A DNA stretch of 64,000 nucleotides from Bacillota bacterium (GCA_963666425.2 OY762825.2:864001-928000); one strand, 5' to 3'; positions 18,567 through 29,214 are shown, counted from the stretch's first letter. Notes: generated from the sequence alone by a model not told the origin. A program made the numbers and translations.

Positions 18567-19766
18567 CTACACCGGTAGGGTTGTGCTGTTTTCTAAACTT
18601 TTATTTAGTACCAAACGGATCCAGATCAGATTGATCACAATGGAAACAGCGGCAAATAAAAATACAAAACGAATTCCAAGCCAGGTGCCAATTACACCGC
18701 CAATCAGCGGTCCCAAGGCGCCGCCAAAACCGTTAAAACTGTTGCTGATGCCAAAAGCACGGCCACGGAATTCCAATGGCACCGACGCGGCAATGATCGC
18801 ATTGACAGCCGGCACCACTCCGGCCAAAAACAAACCATAGGCAAAGCGCATAGCAGCAAAAACATAGACGTTATGCGCAAAAATCTGCAACAGATTCATC
18901 ATCGCCACGCCAGCCAAGGAGTAGGATAGCGTGTTGCGAAAACCGATTTTCTCGCCATAGCGTGCCCAAATCGGTGCTGCAATCACCGAAGCAATCCCGG
19001 CCAGACTGAAAATAATGCCGGAGTAGGTCGCGACATTGGCGCCGACACCCAATTGACCAATAAAAAGGGTCAGGACCGGCTGGATGATCATCAGCGACAA
19101 GGTGATCATCGTCTGCGTGACCAGCATCGCCATCAGGCTGCGATTGTAAGACGCTTCTTTTAAATCCTGCAGGATATTAGAACGCGGCTTATCACTCTTC
19201 AGTATTTTCTCCTGTACGCCGAATAAAACAACCAAGGTAGCTAAAACCAGAATGCTGCCGCCGATCAGCATGGTCTGACGCATGCCAAATGCCGCCGCCA
19301 ATAATCCGCCAAAGAGAGGACCAATCACACTGCCGGCATTGCTGGCGGTAGAGATCAAGCTCAAGGAGCGTCCAACGCGATGCTCCGGCGTATTGGTTGC
19401 TACCAAAGAGATCGCCGAAGGAATAAATCCACTGAGAAAACCATTTAATAAGCGGCAAACCAGCAGATGCCAAGGCTGCGTCGCAAAAAACATCAGGAAA
19501 TAAGTAAAAGCAATGCCCAAACCAGAGCGAATAATCATCGGCTTTTTACCAAATCGATCTGCCAAAGAGCCCCAAATCGGCGACATAATCGAACTGGTAA
19601 TAAAGGAAGCGGAAAAAATCAGACCGGACCAAAATTCCACATTGCTTTCCTGGCCGATTTCTTGCAGCAATAAAGGCAAAAAAGGTGAGACCAAAGAAAA
19701 ACTGGCACCTGCGATAAAGGTACCGATCCATAGAATATACAGGTTACGCTGCCATTTTTCCTCCAT
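18567..19766 (-). CDS. MFS efflux transporter (MdtG/DHA1-like)
   Basis: WQRNLYILW, WGSLADRFGKK motif A, about 12 TM segments. Confidence 0.9.
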   Translation of the reverse strand: MEEKWQRNLYILWIGTFIAGASFSLVSPFLPLLLQEIGQESNVEFWSGLIFSASFITSSIMSPIWGSLADRFGKKPMIIRSGLGIAFTYFLMFFATQPWHLLVCRLLNGFLSGFIPSAISLVATNTPEHRVGRSLSLISTASNAGSVIGPLFGGLLAAAFGMRQTMLIGGSILVLATLVVLFGVQEKILKSDKPRSNILQDLKEASYNRSLMAMLVTQTMITLSLMIIQPVLTLFIGQLGVGANVATYSGIIFSLAGIASVIAAPIWARYGEKIGFRNTLSYSLAGVAMMNLLQIFAHNVYVFAAMRFAYGLFLAGVVPAVNAIIAASVPLEFRGRAFGISNSFNGFGGALGPLIGGVIGTWLGIRFVFLFAAVSIVINLIWIRLVLNKSLENSTTLPV

Positions 19767-19912
19767 GACAAATCATCCTCTCCATCAATTGGGCTGTAAT
19801 GATCAGAACACAGTTATAATTTGCATTATAACCGATTGCCTGTCGATACGCCAGCAAGTTTTCTGTTAGGTTTCTGCTCTTTCCGGCTGCGCGGCAAAAA
19901 AAGGCGTTGTCC

Positions 19913-21049
19913 CTAATTATGGAACAACGTCTTATTGCTGCGCATGGCCACCGAAGTGACAATACCCAAACCCCATAAAACAGCCATTAAGTTCGAGCTG
20001 GCATAACTCATCAAAGGCCAAGGGATACCGGTGACCGGCATCACGCCCAAGGTCATACCAACATTAACCAGCAAATGAAACAACAGCATGCTGCCGATTC
20101 CGGCGCAAATCAGTTTTCCATAGCGGTCCTCAGCATGAAACCCAATATAAAAGATGCGGTAAATCAAGATCAGATAGAGGACAATCATCAGGCTGGCTCC
20201 GACAAAGCCAAATTCTTCTGCCAAGGATGAAAAAATCATATCGGATTGTTTTTCCGGTAAAAACTCCAATTGTGTCTGTGTGCCCTGTAAAAAGCCCTTG
20301 CCCCAAAGCCGCCCGGAACCGATTGCGATGATGGATTGAATCAATTGCCAGGTATATTTGGCGTAAGCCGAATTCGTTTTGTAATATTCCAGATTGGTAA
20401 AAATCAGCAGACGCACTTTTTGATACTCTTCCAAATGACCCCATAAGAGCGGGACTGCCGCGCAGCCGGCTGTGATCACACCCACGATATAGCGCCAATC
20501 GAGCCCAGCCACAAAAACCATGCCCAGCCAAATCGCCAATAAAACCAAACCGGAGCCAAGGTCCGGCTGCAGCAACACCAAACCCAAAGGAACCATCACC
20601 AGCAAAAGCAATGGCACCAGACAACGAATCGATTTTAAGCGATCCTCATCGACCAAAAGCTTTGCCAAAGTCAGACTCAGCATGATTTTTGCTAACTCGA
20701 CCGGCTGCAAACTCAAAGGACCTAACGGAATCCAAGACTGTCCGCCATAATTCCCTACCCGACCGAGAAACAAGACGAAAATTAAAAGACCGATCATGAT
20801 CCCATAAACCCAGCGGCTGAAAACATTCCAGATCGAATAATCCACCAATGCGCTCACCAAAAAAAGGACCGTTCCCAAAAACATAGCCAGCAGATGACGA
20901 ATGATATAGTAATAAGGCTGGTCTTCTACCAAATCACGGCTGGCGCTGTAAATCACAAAGCTGCTGACAATCAGGAAAATGATCATGATCCCAATCAGCT
21001 GCCAATCTGCATTTTTCAATATTCGTCGATCGAAATGAAAGAAATTCAT
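19913..21049 (-). CDS. rodA: Rod shape-determining SEDS protein RodA
   Basis: LQPVELAK, QPDLGS, AIGSG, EEFGF, PVTGIP; downstream of mrdA. Confidence 0.93.
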   Translation of the reverse strand: MNFFHFDRRILKNADWQLIGIMIIFLIVSSFVIYSASRDLVEDQPYYYIIRHLLAMFLGTVLFLVSALVDYSIWNVFSRWVYGIMIGLLIFVLFLGRVGNYGGQSWIPLGPLSLQPVELAKIMLSLTLAKLLVDEDRLKSIRCLVPLLLLVMVPLGLVLLQPDLGSGLVLLAIWLGMVFVAGLDWRYIVGVITAGCAAVPLLWGHLEEYQKVRLLIFTNLEYYKTNSAYAKYTWQLIQSIIAIGSGRLWGKGFLQGTQTQLEFLPEKQSDMIFSSLAEEFGFVGASLMIVLYLILIYRIFYIGFHAEDRYGKLICAGIGSMLLFHLLVNVGMTLGVMPVTGIPWPLMSYASSNLMAVLWGLGIVTSVAMRSNKTLFHN

Positions 21050-21064
21050 CTCTTTATCATCACC

Positions 21065-21880
21065 TTAATCATGAAATCCTGTTTCTTTTCGGAATAAGTC
21101 CGTCAGCTGGGCAAAGAAACCTCGTTTGATCTGTATTTGTGTTTCCTGTCTGGGAAAGCCGATTTTCTCTCCCAATAAACGGCGGGCAATCCTGCGGAAA
21201 CTCTGGGAAGCAATCGATTGATCTGACAATACCAATAACTCCCCCTGATTGGCGGCTCGAGTAGAACCGACATCTTCAGGTACAATTCCCAACAACATAG
21301 CAGGGATGATCTGACAAATGCTCTCGATATCCAGCATATCCCCCCGCTGCATGGCTTGAAACTGAACTCGGTTGATAATCAGGTAGATTTCTGCACTGCT
21401 GTAGCGCGCTGCTTCCAGCAAAGTTCGCCTGGCATTTTGCACCGCAGCAATGTCAGGGATCGTGACGCAAATTAAGGCATCCGCTTGGCTGATGGCAAGA
21501 CGGTAAAAGTCCCCCAATCCGGCAGGACAATCAAGCAGGATAAAATCATACTGATCGCGCAACTGCCGCAGCAATTCGGTCGTTTCAAAGACAGGAAGTT
21601 CTGCCACTTTTCCAGCCGCTGCTAAAAAAAACAGGGTAGGAAAATACGGTACCGCTAAAATCGCTTCCTCTGCCGTGCAAATATGCTGGATGACATGGAA
21701 GAAATCCAGAGAAACCTGCGTTTCCAGACCAAGCAACAGATCCAGATTTCGTAAACCCGCGTCACCATCAATCAGCAGGACTCTCTTTCCCTGCATAGCC
21801 AAAGCCGCACCCAAATTAGCAGTCACTGTCGTTTTGCCCGTGCCTCCTTTTCCGGAAGCAATCGCATAAATTTTACCCAT
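21065..21880 (-). CDS. minD: Septum site-determining ATPase MinD
   Basis: SGKGGTGKTT, GLRNLDLLLG, DCPAG, C-terminal amphipathic GFFAQL. Confidence 0.88.
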   Translation of the reverse strand: MGKIYAIASGKGGTGKTTVTANLGAALAMQGKRVLLIDGDAGLRNLDLLLGLETQVSLDFFHVIQHICTAEEAILAVPYFPTLFFLAAAGKVAELPVFETTELLRQLRDQYDFILLDCPAGLGDFYRLAISQADALICVTIPDIAAVQNARRTLLEAARYSSAEIYLIINRVQFQAMQRGDMLDIESICQIIPAMLLGIVPEDVGSTRAANQGELLVLSDQSIASQSFRRIARRLLGEKIGFPRQETQIQIKRGFFAQLTDLFRKETGFHD

Positions 21881-21921
21881 TTTGTCACCCCCTTAGTCAT
21901 GGTTTGCTACCGCTGGCTGCA

Positions 21922-23868
21922 CTAATTGATGAATTGTAGATTCAGCTTCGAGTTGCCAAAATACTGCCGGATCAATTGGGATACCGTTGGCGCACAAGCG
22001 GAACTGCCGCTGCGCCCGGCTTCAACCGACATCGTGATGGTAATCTTTGGATTGTCTGCCGGTGCATAAGCCGAAAACCAGGCATCCGCCTTTAAATCAT
22101 AGGGATCATTGGCGACCTGAGCCGTACCTGTTTTAGCCGCAACATCATAAGGTAAATCACGCCATAAATAGAGTGCAGCCTGGGTTCCGAAACTGGCCGT
22201 TTCGGAAGTGCCGCCTGCTTTGGTAACTCCAACTAAACCTTCCTGAATAGCATTCCAAGTGGAGTCTTTCAGTTCAATGCTCCCCATCAGGGTCTTTTGA
22301 TAAACCTGTTCCGTGCTGCCATCGGCATTCTTGATATAATCGACCAAAGCGGGTGCATATCGCTCGCCTTTATTGGCAATTTGCGCCATGACATCCACCA
22401 TTTGCAGAGGCGTAAATGCGCTGAATTCCTGACCGATAGCGGAGAAAATAGTTTCTCCTTCATACCAGGGTTCATCGTTAATCAATCCATTTTCCGAAGC
22501 CCAGATTTTATATTCCGGATTGGAGCGATGGGTGAAACTATAGTCATTTTCCGCTTCATATAGTAAATCTTTGAAACCGGTATCCTCTCCCAAGCCAAAG
22601 AGTGAAGCATAATAATCCAGCCGATCGATACCAATCCGACGCCCCATTTCATAAAAGAAAACGTTACAGGAATGGGAAAGGGCCTGGATTCCGGTCAGCG
22701 ATCCATGGCTATTGGGATAGACCCAGCACTTAGGCGGGTTGTCCGAATCTAAAACATCGTAATAACCTTTACATTCATACGTTTCGTTCAGTTGTAAGAC
22801 ACCGGTTTCCAAAGCAGCGGCTAATGTGATTGGTTTAAAAATAGAACCCGGAGCTAAAGCCGCCAAGACTGTTCGATTCATCATCGCATTGGGATAAGTT
22901 TGCGAACCAATCAAGTACTGCAGACGTTTTCCTTCATCCGTTAATACACCAAATTGCCAGGCGTTGGGGTCATAATCGGGATAGCTGGCCATCGCTAAAA
23001 TCCGACCCGTCTCATTTTCCAGCATGACAAGAGAACCGCTGTAGGCAGATAGAGCCTGATAGGAGGACCATCCCTGCTTGCGGATCGTCGTCAGTGATTT
23101 TTCCAAACACTCTTCGGCTGTCAGTTGTAAATCAATGTTCACGGTCAAATGAAGATCCCGACCGGCCACCGGCTCGATACGCTCCAGAACACGGATCAGA
23201 TTATCCTGTGAATCAACTTCCACAACCAAACCGCCGTCTGTACCGCGCAGCACCGACTCATACGAACGTTCCAAACCGGCACGGCCAACCAAATCGCCGG
23301 CTTGATACCCTTGATTGGCAGCCCAACCATCCAAATCGTCCTGAGAAATTTCCGCCAAGTAACCTAAGACATGAGCAAGTGTCGCGCCGTAGGTATATTC
23401 CCGCACCGGCAGACTGTCGATGTAAACACCAGGCAGACTGTCACTTTGTTCTTTCACTCGCGTCACTGTCGTGAAATCCACATCCACGGCTACATTGACA
23501 GGTTCCGCCCTTGTTTCCCGGTTATTCACTTTATCCAAAATAGTTTCCACCGGCAGATTCAGCAAGCTTGCCAGGAGTTCGGCCGACTGCCGCACCTTTT
23601 CTTCGCCCAAATCGATCATCCTGACGGTATAAGCAGCCCGGCTGGTTACCAGCAGTTTGCCATTGCAGTCGTAGATATCGCCGCGTTGAGCCAGCACGGT
23701 CAGGACTCGGATCCGGTTTCCTTCTGAAGAGGAATCGTATTCCTCTCCCTTCACGATTTGCAGATAAAAAAGTCTGCCAATCAACAGCACCCCAACCGCA
23801 ACGATGAAGATCACGATAAAACGAAAACGTCTGCGGTTGCTCATTTCAGCAAGATACTCCGGATTCAT
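21922..23868 (-). CDS. mrdA: Penicillin-binding protein 2
   Basis: RGDIYD, GRAGLE, SIFK, SCN and KTG motifs. Confidence 0.93.
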   Translation of the reverse strand: MNPEYLAEMSNRRRFRFIVIFIVAVGVLLIGRLFYLQIVKGEEYDSSSEGNRIRVLTVLAQRGDIYDCNGKLLVTSRAAYTVRMIDLGEEKVRQSAELLASLLNLPVETILDKVNNRETRAEPVNVAVDVDFTTVTRVKEQSDSLPGVYIDSLPVREYTYGATLAHVLGYLAEISQDDLDGWAANQGYQAGDLVGRAGLERSYESVLRGTDGGLVVEVDSQDNLIRVLERIEPVAGRDLHLTVNIDLQLTAEECLEKSLTTIRKQGWSSYQALSAYSGSLVMLENETGRILAMASYPDYDPNAWQFGVLTDEGKRLQYLIGSQTYPNAMMNRTVLAALAPGSIFKPITLAAALETGVLQLNETYECKGYYDVLDSDNPPKCWVYPNSHGSLTGIQALSHSCNVFFYEMGRRIGIDRLDYYASLFGLGEDTGFKDLLYEAENDYSFTHRSNPEYKIWASENGLINDEPWYEGETIFSAIGQEFSAFTPLQMVDVMAQIANKGERYAPALVDYIKNADGSTEQVYQKTLMGSIELKDSTWNAIQEGLVGVTKAGGTSETASFGTQAALYLWRDLPYDVAAKTGTAQVANDPYDLKADAWFSAYAPADNPKITITMSVEAGRSGSSACAPTVSQLIRQYFGNSKLNLQFIN

Positions 23869-23883
23869 GATTTCATCACCAAC

Positions 23884-24396
23884 TTATTTCTTTAATAGCG
23901 CTTCTCCGCGCGACAGCCAGTGTACTAAATAACGCAGCAGATAATAAATTAAACTAAAAATCACCAGTTGCTGCAGAAATAAAATGCCGATTCCTTTCCA
24001 ATAAGTGCCTTTTGGCCAAAACACACCACCATAAAACAGCCAATAGCAAATGCGCTGGATCAATTCATCCAGCAAAAAAAGCGTGGAAGCAGCCAGCAAG
24101 GGGACTCCCAGCTGATTTTCAATATACATGTCATGCAGCTTTCCCGCTGCAAAACCACAGAGCCCTTTCATGATGATTTGCAGACCAAAGGGCTGTCCAA
24201 TCAAGCAATCGCACAGCAAGCCGGCGGTCAAACCGAAAATCAAACCTTCATTGGATCCTTTTAGCAAAGCGAAAGCAATCACTAATAAAAGCATTAAATC
24301 GACCTTTAGCCTTGCTAAGAGAAAATTGGGTAAGACGATAATCTGCAGCAACAAGAACATGGTGATGATCAGCAGCCAAAATACCCTCTGCTTCAC
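23884..24396 (-). CDS. mreD: Rod shape-determining protein MreD
   Basis: Hydrophobic 170 aa, GLIFGLTAGLLCD; between mreC and mrdA. Confidence 0.85.
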   Translation of the reverse strand: MKQRVFWLLIITMFLLLQIIVLPNFLLARLKVDLMLLLVIAFALLKGSNEGLIFGLTAGLLCDCLIGQPFGLQIIMKGLCGFAAGKLHDMYIENQLGVPLLAASTLFLLDELIQRICYWLFYGGVFWPKGTYWKGIGILFLQQLVIFSLIYYLLRYLVHWLSRGEALLKK

Positions 24397-25277
24397 TGCG
24401 TCACCCCACTTGCAATACTGTTGGTAGGCACTGTCGGCACCGACTGCACATTGCGCAAGATCATCACTTCATAGAGACTATAGAAATCGGTAATCATTTC
24501 TATCTCTGCGGTCTGATGCATACCGGATACTTCCTCTTCACAGCGGACGACTTTGCCAATCACCAAGCCTTCCGGATAGATGTCGCTTAAGCCGGAAGTG
24601 ACTACCAAATCTCCCTCTTTCACCACTGCGTCGGATGAAATAAAAGACATGGTTAAGGTTGGTGTCTGAGCCCCGTTGCCGCTGACAATGCCAAGGCAGC
24701 CACTGGATTGAATACGAACCCCAACAGAGGAAAGCTCATCAGTCAGCAGCATCAATTCGGCGGTAGTCTCCGTCACCTGAACGATTTTGCCAATCAGCCC
24801 CGAAGTGGAAACAGCCACCATATTCTTTGTGATGCCATCCTTGCTGCCCAATCCCAAGACGTAGCGGCTGGACCAGTTCGAAACCGGCCAACCAATGATT
24901 TTAGCGATTTCGATTTCATACTGCAAATTGGTTTGTTTAAAATCCAACATTTGCTGCAGCCGCTGGTTTTCCGCTTCCACTGTCAGCATTCTGGAATAAG
25001 CCTGCAGGAGGAGATCATTCTGTTCTTTCAATTCTATATTTTCATCTTTTAGTGTTTGTAGAGCACGCAGCGTTTCAATGGATTCTCTCCACCAATCAAA
25101 AACTTCAGCCGACCAGTTCTGCATCGGAGCCAAAACATCGCGAGTAAGACCCTGAACCGTACTGCTGATACTGCTGGTACGCACATCAAAAGCTATCATT
25201 AAGCAAAGCAAAATAACGCCTGCAATGATCCCAAGAGTGAAGCGATCCTTTTTTGGCGCTTGGTTTTGATTTTGCAT
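24393..25277 (-). CDS. mreC: Rod shape-determining protein MreC
   Basis: TM plus coiled coil (ENQRLQQML), GSKDGI, VVTSGL..IYPEGL. Confidence 0.93.
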   Translation of the reverse strand: MQNQNQAPKKDRFTLGIIAGVILLCLMIAFDVRTSSISSTVQGLTRDVLAPMQNWSAEVFDWWRESIETLRALQTLKDENIELKEQNDLLLQAYSRMLTVEAENQRLQQMLDFKQTNLQYEIEIAKIIGWPVSNWSSRYVLGLGSKDGITKNMVAVSTSGLIGKIVQVTETTAELMLLTDELSSVGVRIQSSGCLGIVSGNGAQTPTLTMSFISSDAVVKEGDLVVTSGLSDIYPEGLVIGKVVRCEEEVSGMHQTAEIEMITDFYSLYEVMILRNVQSVPTVPTNSIASGVTQ

Positions 25278-25337
25278 GCTGAAGCCTCCTTGAGAAAAAC
25301 CTATATCTTCCAATGAATTATATCTATCGCGTCGGAA

Positions 25338-26039
25338 CTAAAAATTCTTGCTGTCACGCAAACTAAGCCATTTGCCATGGCCAATCACCAAGTGATCCAA
25401 CAATGGAATCCCCATCACTTTACCCGCTTCTACCAGATTTTGCGTTACTTTCACATCTTCCGCACTGGGGGTCGGATCGCCGCTGGGATGGTTATGAGCT
25501 ACGATGATTCCGGCTGCGGCGTGCTGCAGTGCTGACTTAAAAACTTCGCGCGGATGCACCACCGTGGAATTCAGCGTACCAATAAATACGACATCCTGAT
25601 GAATCAACTGATTTTTGCTGTTCAGTGAAAGCACCAAGAACTTTTCCTGATCCTCCTGTCGCAGCAAAGGCATTAAAAAAGCAGCAACCTGCTCAGGACT
25701 TTTCAAGGTGAGCTGGTCTTGCGGTGCTGCCATCCGCAAGGCAATCTCCAACAGAGCGGCCAATTCGGCTGCTTTTGCCTTGCCTAAACCCTTTTCCTGA
25801 TATAATTGTTGATAATCCAAATGAGCCAATCCCCGTAAGCCGCCATATGTCTGCAAAAGCCTGGTGGCTAAGCTCATGACATCGGTACCTTTATAACCGG
25901 TACGCAGTAAAATAGCCAAGAGTTCTTCATCCCGAAGTCTCTTCACTCCTTCTGTCTGCAGCCGCTCGCGCGGTTTACTTTCCTGTGGCAAGAGATGAAA
26001 ATAATTATTGTTTTCGCCATTCTGATCCATTGGCATCAC
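25338..26039 (-). CDS. radC: RadC/JAB-domain protein
   Basis: PRERL, ELLAILLRTG, HPREVF, HNHPSGDPTPS, LLDH. Confidence 0.94.
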   Translation of the reverse strand: MMPMDQNGENNNYFHLLPQESKPRERLQTEGVKRLRDEELLAILLRTGYKGTDVMSLATRLLQTYGGLRGLAHLDYQQLYQEKGLGKAKAAELAALLEIALRMAAPQDQLTLKSPEQVAAFLMPLLRQEDQEKFLVLSLNSKNQLIHQDVVFIGTLNSTVVHPREVFKSALQHAAAGIIVAHNHPSGDPTPSAEDVKVTQNLVEAGKVMGIPLLDHLVIGHGKWLSLRDSKNF

Positions 26040-26055
26040 CTATGTCTGCTTCCCT

Positions 26056-26622
26056 TTAAGACTGCACCAATTCGATCAAGCGGCACAAACGATAAAGAGG
26101 CAGTCCCACTACATTATTGTAACAGCCGTCTATTTTCTCGATGAACCTGGCTGCAGTTCCCTGAATTGCGTAAGCGCCGGCTTTTCCCATCGGTTCGTCA
26201 CTGGCTGCATACTGCCGCAGCAACTCCTCCGAAGGATTTCCCATCGTAACATGTGTCACTTCTACCGCTTCCACTTGTTTACCGGTAAAGGTATCCAGCA
26301 CGACGATGCCGGTCATAACCTGATGTTTCTTGCCAGCCAATTGCTGCAGCATGCGCAAAGCATCTTCATGATCGCTGGGTTTGCCTAAACACCGGCCATT
26401 CAAAACAACAAGCGTATCCGCTCCGATCACCACAGCATCCGGGTGACGCTGCGCTGCATCGGCAGCTTTTTGCCGTGCCAAGCACAGCACCGTCTCTTCC
26501 GGCGATAATCCAGCCGGAACCAGCTCCTCAAGATGGCTGGGATCAATTTGAAAGGGCAGATGAATTTGCTGCAGTAATTCTTTTCTGCGGGGAGAATTGC
26601 TGGCTAAGACGAAAGCTTTCAT
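26056..26622 (-). CDS. maf: Maf nucleotide pyrophosphatase
   Basis: LASNSPRRKELL, IGADT, KAGAYAIQG, NVVGLP. Confidence 0.95.
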   Translation of the reverse strand: MKAFVLASNSPRRKELLQQIHLPFQIDPSHLEELVPAGLSPEETVLCLARQKAADAAQRHPDAVVIGADTLVVLNGRCLGKPSDHEDALRMLQQLAGKKHQVMTGIVVLDTFTGKQVEAVEVTHVTMGNPSEELLRQYAASDEPMGKAGAYAIQGTAARFIEKIDGCYNNVVGLPLYRLCRLIELVQS

Positions 26623-26633
26623 CAGAATACTCC

Positions 26634-26897
26634 CTATTTATCCAACAATCTGAAAACGAGAATAGAAATCAAGAGCCCGATCAATGAACCCAAATTGAAG
26701 CGGATCATGAATTGCAGGCTCAAATCAAACAAAGCGCTTGTTAAAATAAAAGGCTGCACATTGCCGATTTCCAAACCAAGGCGCGCCAATGGCAGCCAAT
26801 TTCCTATGAAGTCGCCCAGTAAACCACCAATCAACAAGCCAAGGAAGATCGCTAAAACCAACCACCAACGTGAGATCCTACGTTTCGATCTGAACAT
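26634..26897 (-). CDS. Small membrane protein (DUF4321-like)
   Basis: Two hydrophobic segments, NLGSLIG; usual position upstream of maf. Confidence 0.7.
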   Translation of the reverse strand: MFRSKRRISRWWLVLAIFLGLLIGGLLGDFIGNWLPLARLGLEIGNVQPFILTSALFDLSLQFMIRFNLGSLIGLLISILVFRLLDK

Positions 26898-27158
26898 AAA
26901 GCTCCCCCTAATCACTTCGTTCTGCTGCTTCAGCGGATTCTGATTAAAAAAAACCACCGACTAACAAATACACTGATGCAAAGGATGTATTTCATTTTAT
27001 CATTAAACCGTCCCTTTTACAACAGCTTTCCTCTTTGAGATATGAACTTTTTTCGTCTTTCTTTTGACTGTCACGCAGGATTTCACTGCATTTTGAGCGA
27101 AAATAGTGTGAATCGTATACAAATGAAGTATACAAAAACGAAGGAGGTTTCGCTTGTG

Positions 27159-29204
27159 ATGGATAAAATGACAATCCAAGACGTCTTATCCGTGAAATAT
27201 CTAACCGGATTGCCCAAATGGTCAGACGACGGACAATGGCTGCTCTACAAATGGAACGACGGCGGAGTGCATGATCTTTGGCTGATCAATCTTGAGACAG
27301 AACAGACTGTTCAGCTGACTCATGCCAAATCCGGTGTTTCCGATTTCTCCTGGCGTCCCCACCGCCATGAACTCGCTTATGTCATGGACGGTGCTCTCTA
27401 TCGGATGCAGATCGATCCGCTGGCTGCTGCACAGCAGCTGACCTGGCAAGGCGGTATCATGGGATGCCTTGCCTTCAGCCCCAACGGCGAATGGCTGGCT
27501 TTTACCGATACGAAAACACTGATGTTCTTACAGATGGACAGCGGTTTACGCAAAGATCTCAAACCGCTGGGCGATGTTTTTGCCGGCCGTTTCAGCCAGA
27601 CAGTGCATCAAGATTCTTTTTGTTGGAACCCCGACGGCAGTATGTTTCTCTATACCTGGGTGGATGCCGCTAAAAAACCATGGCTGGCGATCTCTACTCT
27701 GGAAGAAGGCAATATCTGGCGTTCTGCCGGGCACAGTAAAATGATCAGCTCCGGCGAATGGCTGACCAATGACAGCTTTATTTTCCTGTTGAACGGTGCT
27801 TTTGGTGCGGAATACTGCTCTTATCATGTCACAATACCGGCTCGGGAAACCTGGAAAAACTATGCTCAGCTTGGCATCGTTTCGCGTTTTACGCCTCAGG
27901 TTGAAGTGATTACCAGTCACCAGGATTTGGAACGCAGCTGCAATTTTCAATACATGACAGTGGTTCGTCCCGGTGGGCAGGACTTGCTGCTGGCTTTGGA
28001 GCTGGACGGTTATCTGCATCATTACCTCTACTCCCTCACTGCCAAAACTTTGACTCAGCTCACGTTTGGCCATTGTGAAGATCTCGGTCAAGCGGGGGAT
28101 CGAGCCGATTGGTCTCCGGACGGCAGGTATTTCCTGTATGCCAGCAACCGCAGCCAACGGATCGAACGGCAAATCTGGTGCTACGATACCCTCACCAACA
28201 GCGAGCAGCAACTGACGCATCTGCCGGTCAGCAATCTCGCACCGATTTTTGCCCCCGATGGCCAATCCTTTGTCTATACACACTGTGACAAACGCCGTAA
28301 TGGAGATTTGTGGCTATATGATCTCGCGAGCGGTCAAAGCCGACAATTGACCCATTCGATGCCGGCAGGCCTGGCCGAGAAAATGGTGGAAAGCGAAACA
28401 ATTCAATATACCGGCGCAGAAGGATGGCTGCTCGACGCCTTTCTCTTCAAACCGGTCGATTTTGATCCGCAGAAGAAATATCCTGCTATCGTCTGGGTGC
28501 ATGGCGGTCCCATGCGTCAGATGCGGGGAAGCTGGCATCCGTCTGCAACCTATGCTCATTTTTACGCCTTCAATCAATATTTAGCCAATCAAGGTTACGT
28601 TGTGCTGTCTCCTAATTTCAGAGGCGGGATCGGTTACGGACGTGATTTCCGACATGGGCTCTGGCAAAAGAAAGGCATCGATGATACGATCGATATCGTC
28701 AACGGCGGCCGCTACTTGCAGCAGCTGGATTTCGTCGATGCAGCCAAGGTGGCTGTATATGGCTTGAGTTACGGCGGTTATATGACCCTGCATGCTCTGA
28801 CGCAGTATCCGGATGTCTTTGCCTGTGGGATCAATCTGGCCGGTTTATGGGACATTGCGCAATGGGGCCGTTGGATGCGGGCAGAATACGGCAATTATGA
28901 CGGTGATTCTTATTTTATGGGCGATATGGAATTGCATCCGGAATTATGGGCGCTCGGTTCCCCCTGCACCTATAAGCATAGACTCAGCAAACCTCTGCTC
29001 AGTCTGCAAGGTACGGCTGATTTAAATGTTGATATCACTCAACAGGATAAACTGGTCCGTGATTGTGTTGCTTTGGGTCGCGGTGAGGCTTTCCAGGCCA
29101 TCTACTACCCCGGTGAAAGCCATACCTTCCGCTACCGCAAGACCTGGTTGGATGCCCTGCCGCGGATGGCGAAATTTTTCGAACAATATTTAAAGAATGA
29201 ATAA
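27159..29204 (+). CDS. S9-family serine peptidase, copy 1
   Basis: PD40/propeller repeats (FSPNG, WSPDG), VHGGP, GLSYGG nucleophile, TAD, ESH; AAGGAGG RBS. Confidence 0.92.
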   Translation: MDKMTIQDVLSVKYLTGLPKWSDDGQWLLYKWNDGGVHDLWLINLETEQTVQLTHAKSGVSDFSWRPHRHELAYVMDGALYRMQIDPLAAAQQLTWQGGIMGCLAFSPNGEWLAFTDTKTLMFLQMDSGLRKDLKPLGDVFAGRFSQTVHQDSFCWNPDGSMFLYTWVDAAKKPWLAISTLEEGNIWRSAGHSKMISSGEWLTNDSFIFLLNGAFGAEYCSYHVTIPARETWKNYAQLGIVSRFTPQVEVITSHQDLERSCNFQYMTVVRPGGQDLLLALELDGYLHHYLYSLTAKTLTQLTFGHCEDLGQAGDRADWSPDGRYFLYASNRSQRIERQIWCYDTLTNSEQQLTHLPVSNLAPIFAPDGQSFVYTHCDKRRNGDLWLYDLASGQSRQLTHSMPAGLAEKMVESETIQYTGAEGWLLDAFLFKPVDFDPQKKYPAIVWVHGGPMRQMRGSWHPSATYAHFYAFNQYLANQGYVVLSPNFRGGIGYGRDFRHGLWQKKGIDDTIDIVNGGRYLQQLDFVDAAKVAVYGLSYGGYMTLHALTQYPDVFACGINLAGLWDIAQWGRWMRAEYGNYDGDSYFMGDMELHPELWALGSPCTYKHRLSKPLLSLQGTADLNVDITQQDKLVRDCVALGRGEAFQAIYYPGESHTFRYRKTWLDALPRMAKFFEQYLKNE

Positions 29205-29214
29205 AGGAGTCAGC

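Noticed and set aside
25338-26039. radC as a mobile-element or anti-defence marker
   Set aside because: Full-length RadC in its usual maf-radC-mre chromosomal context.
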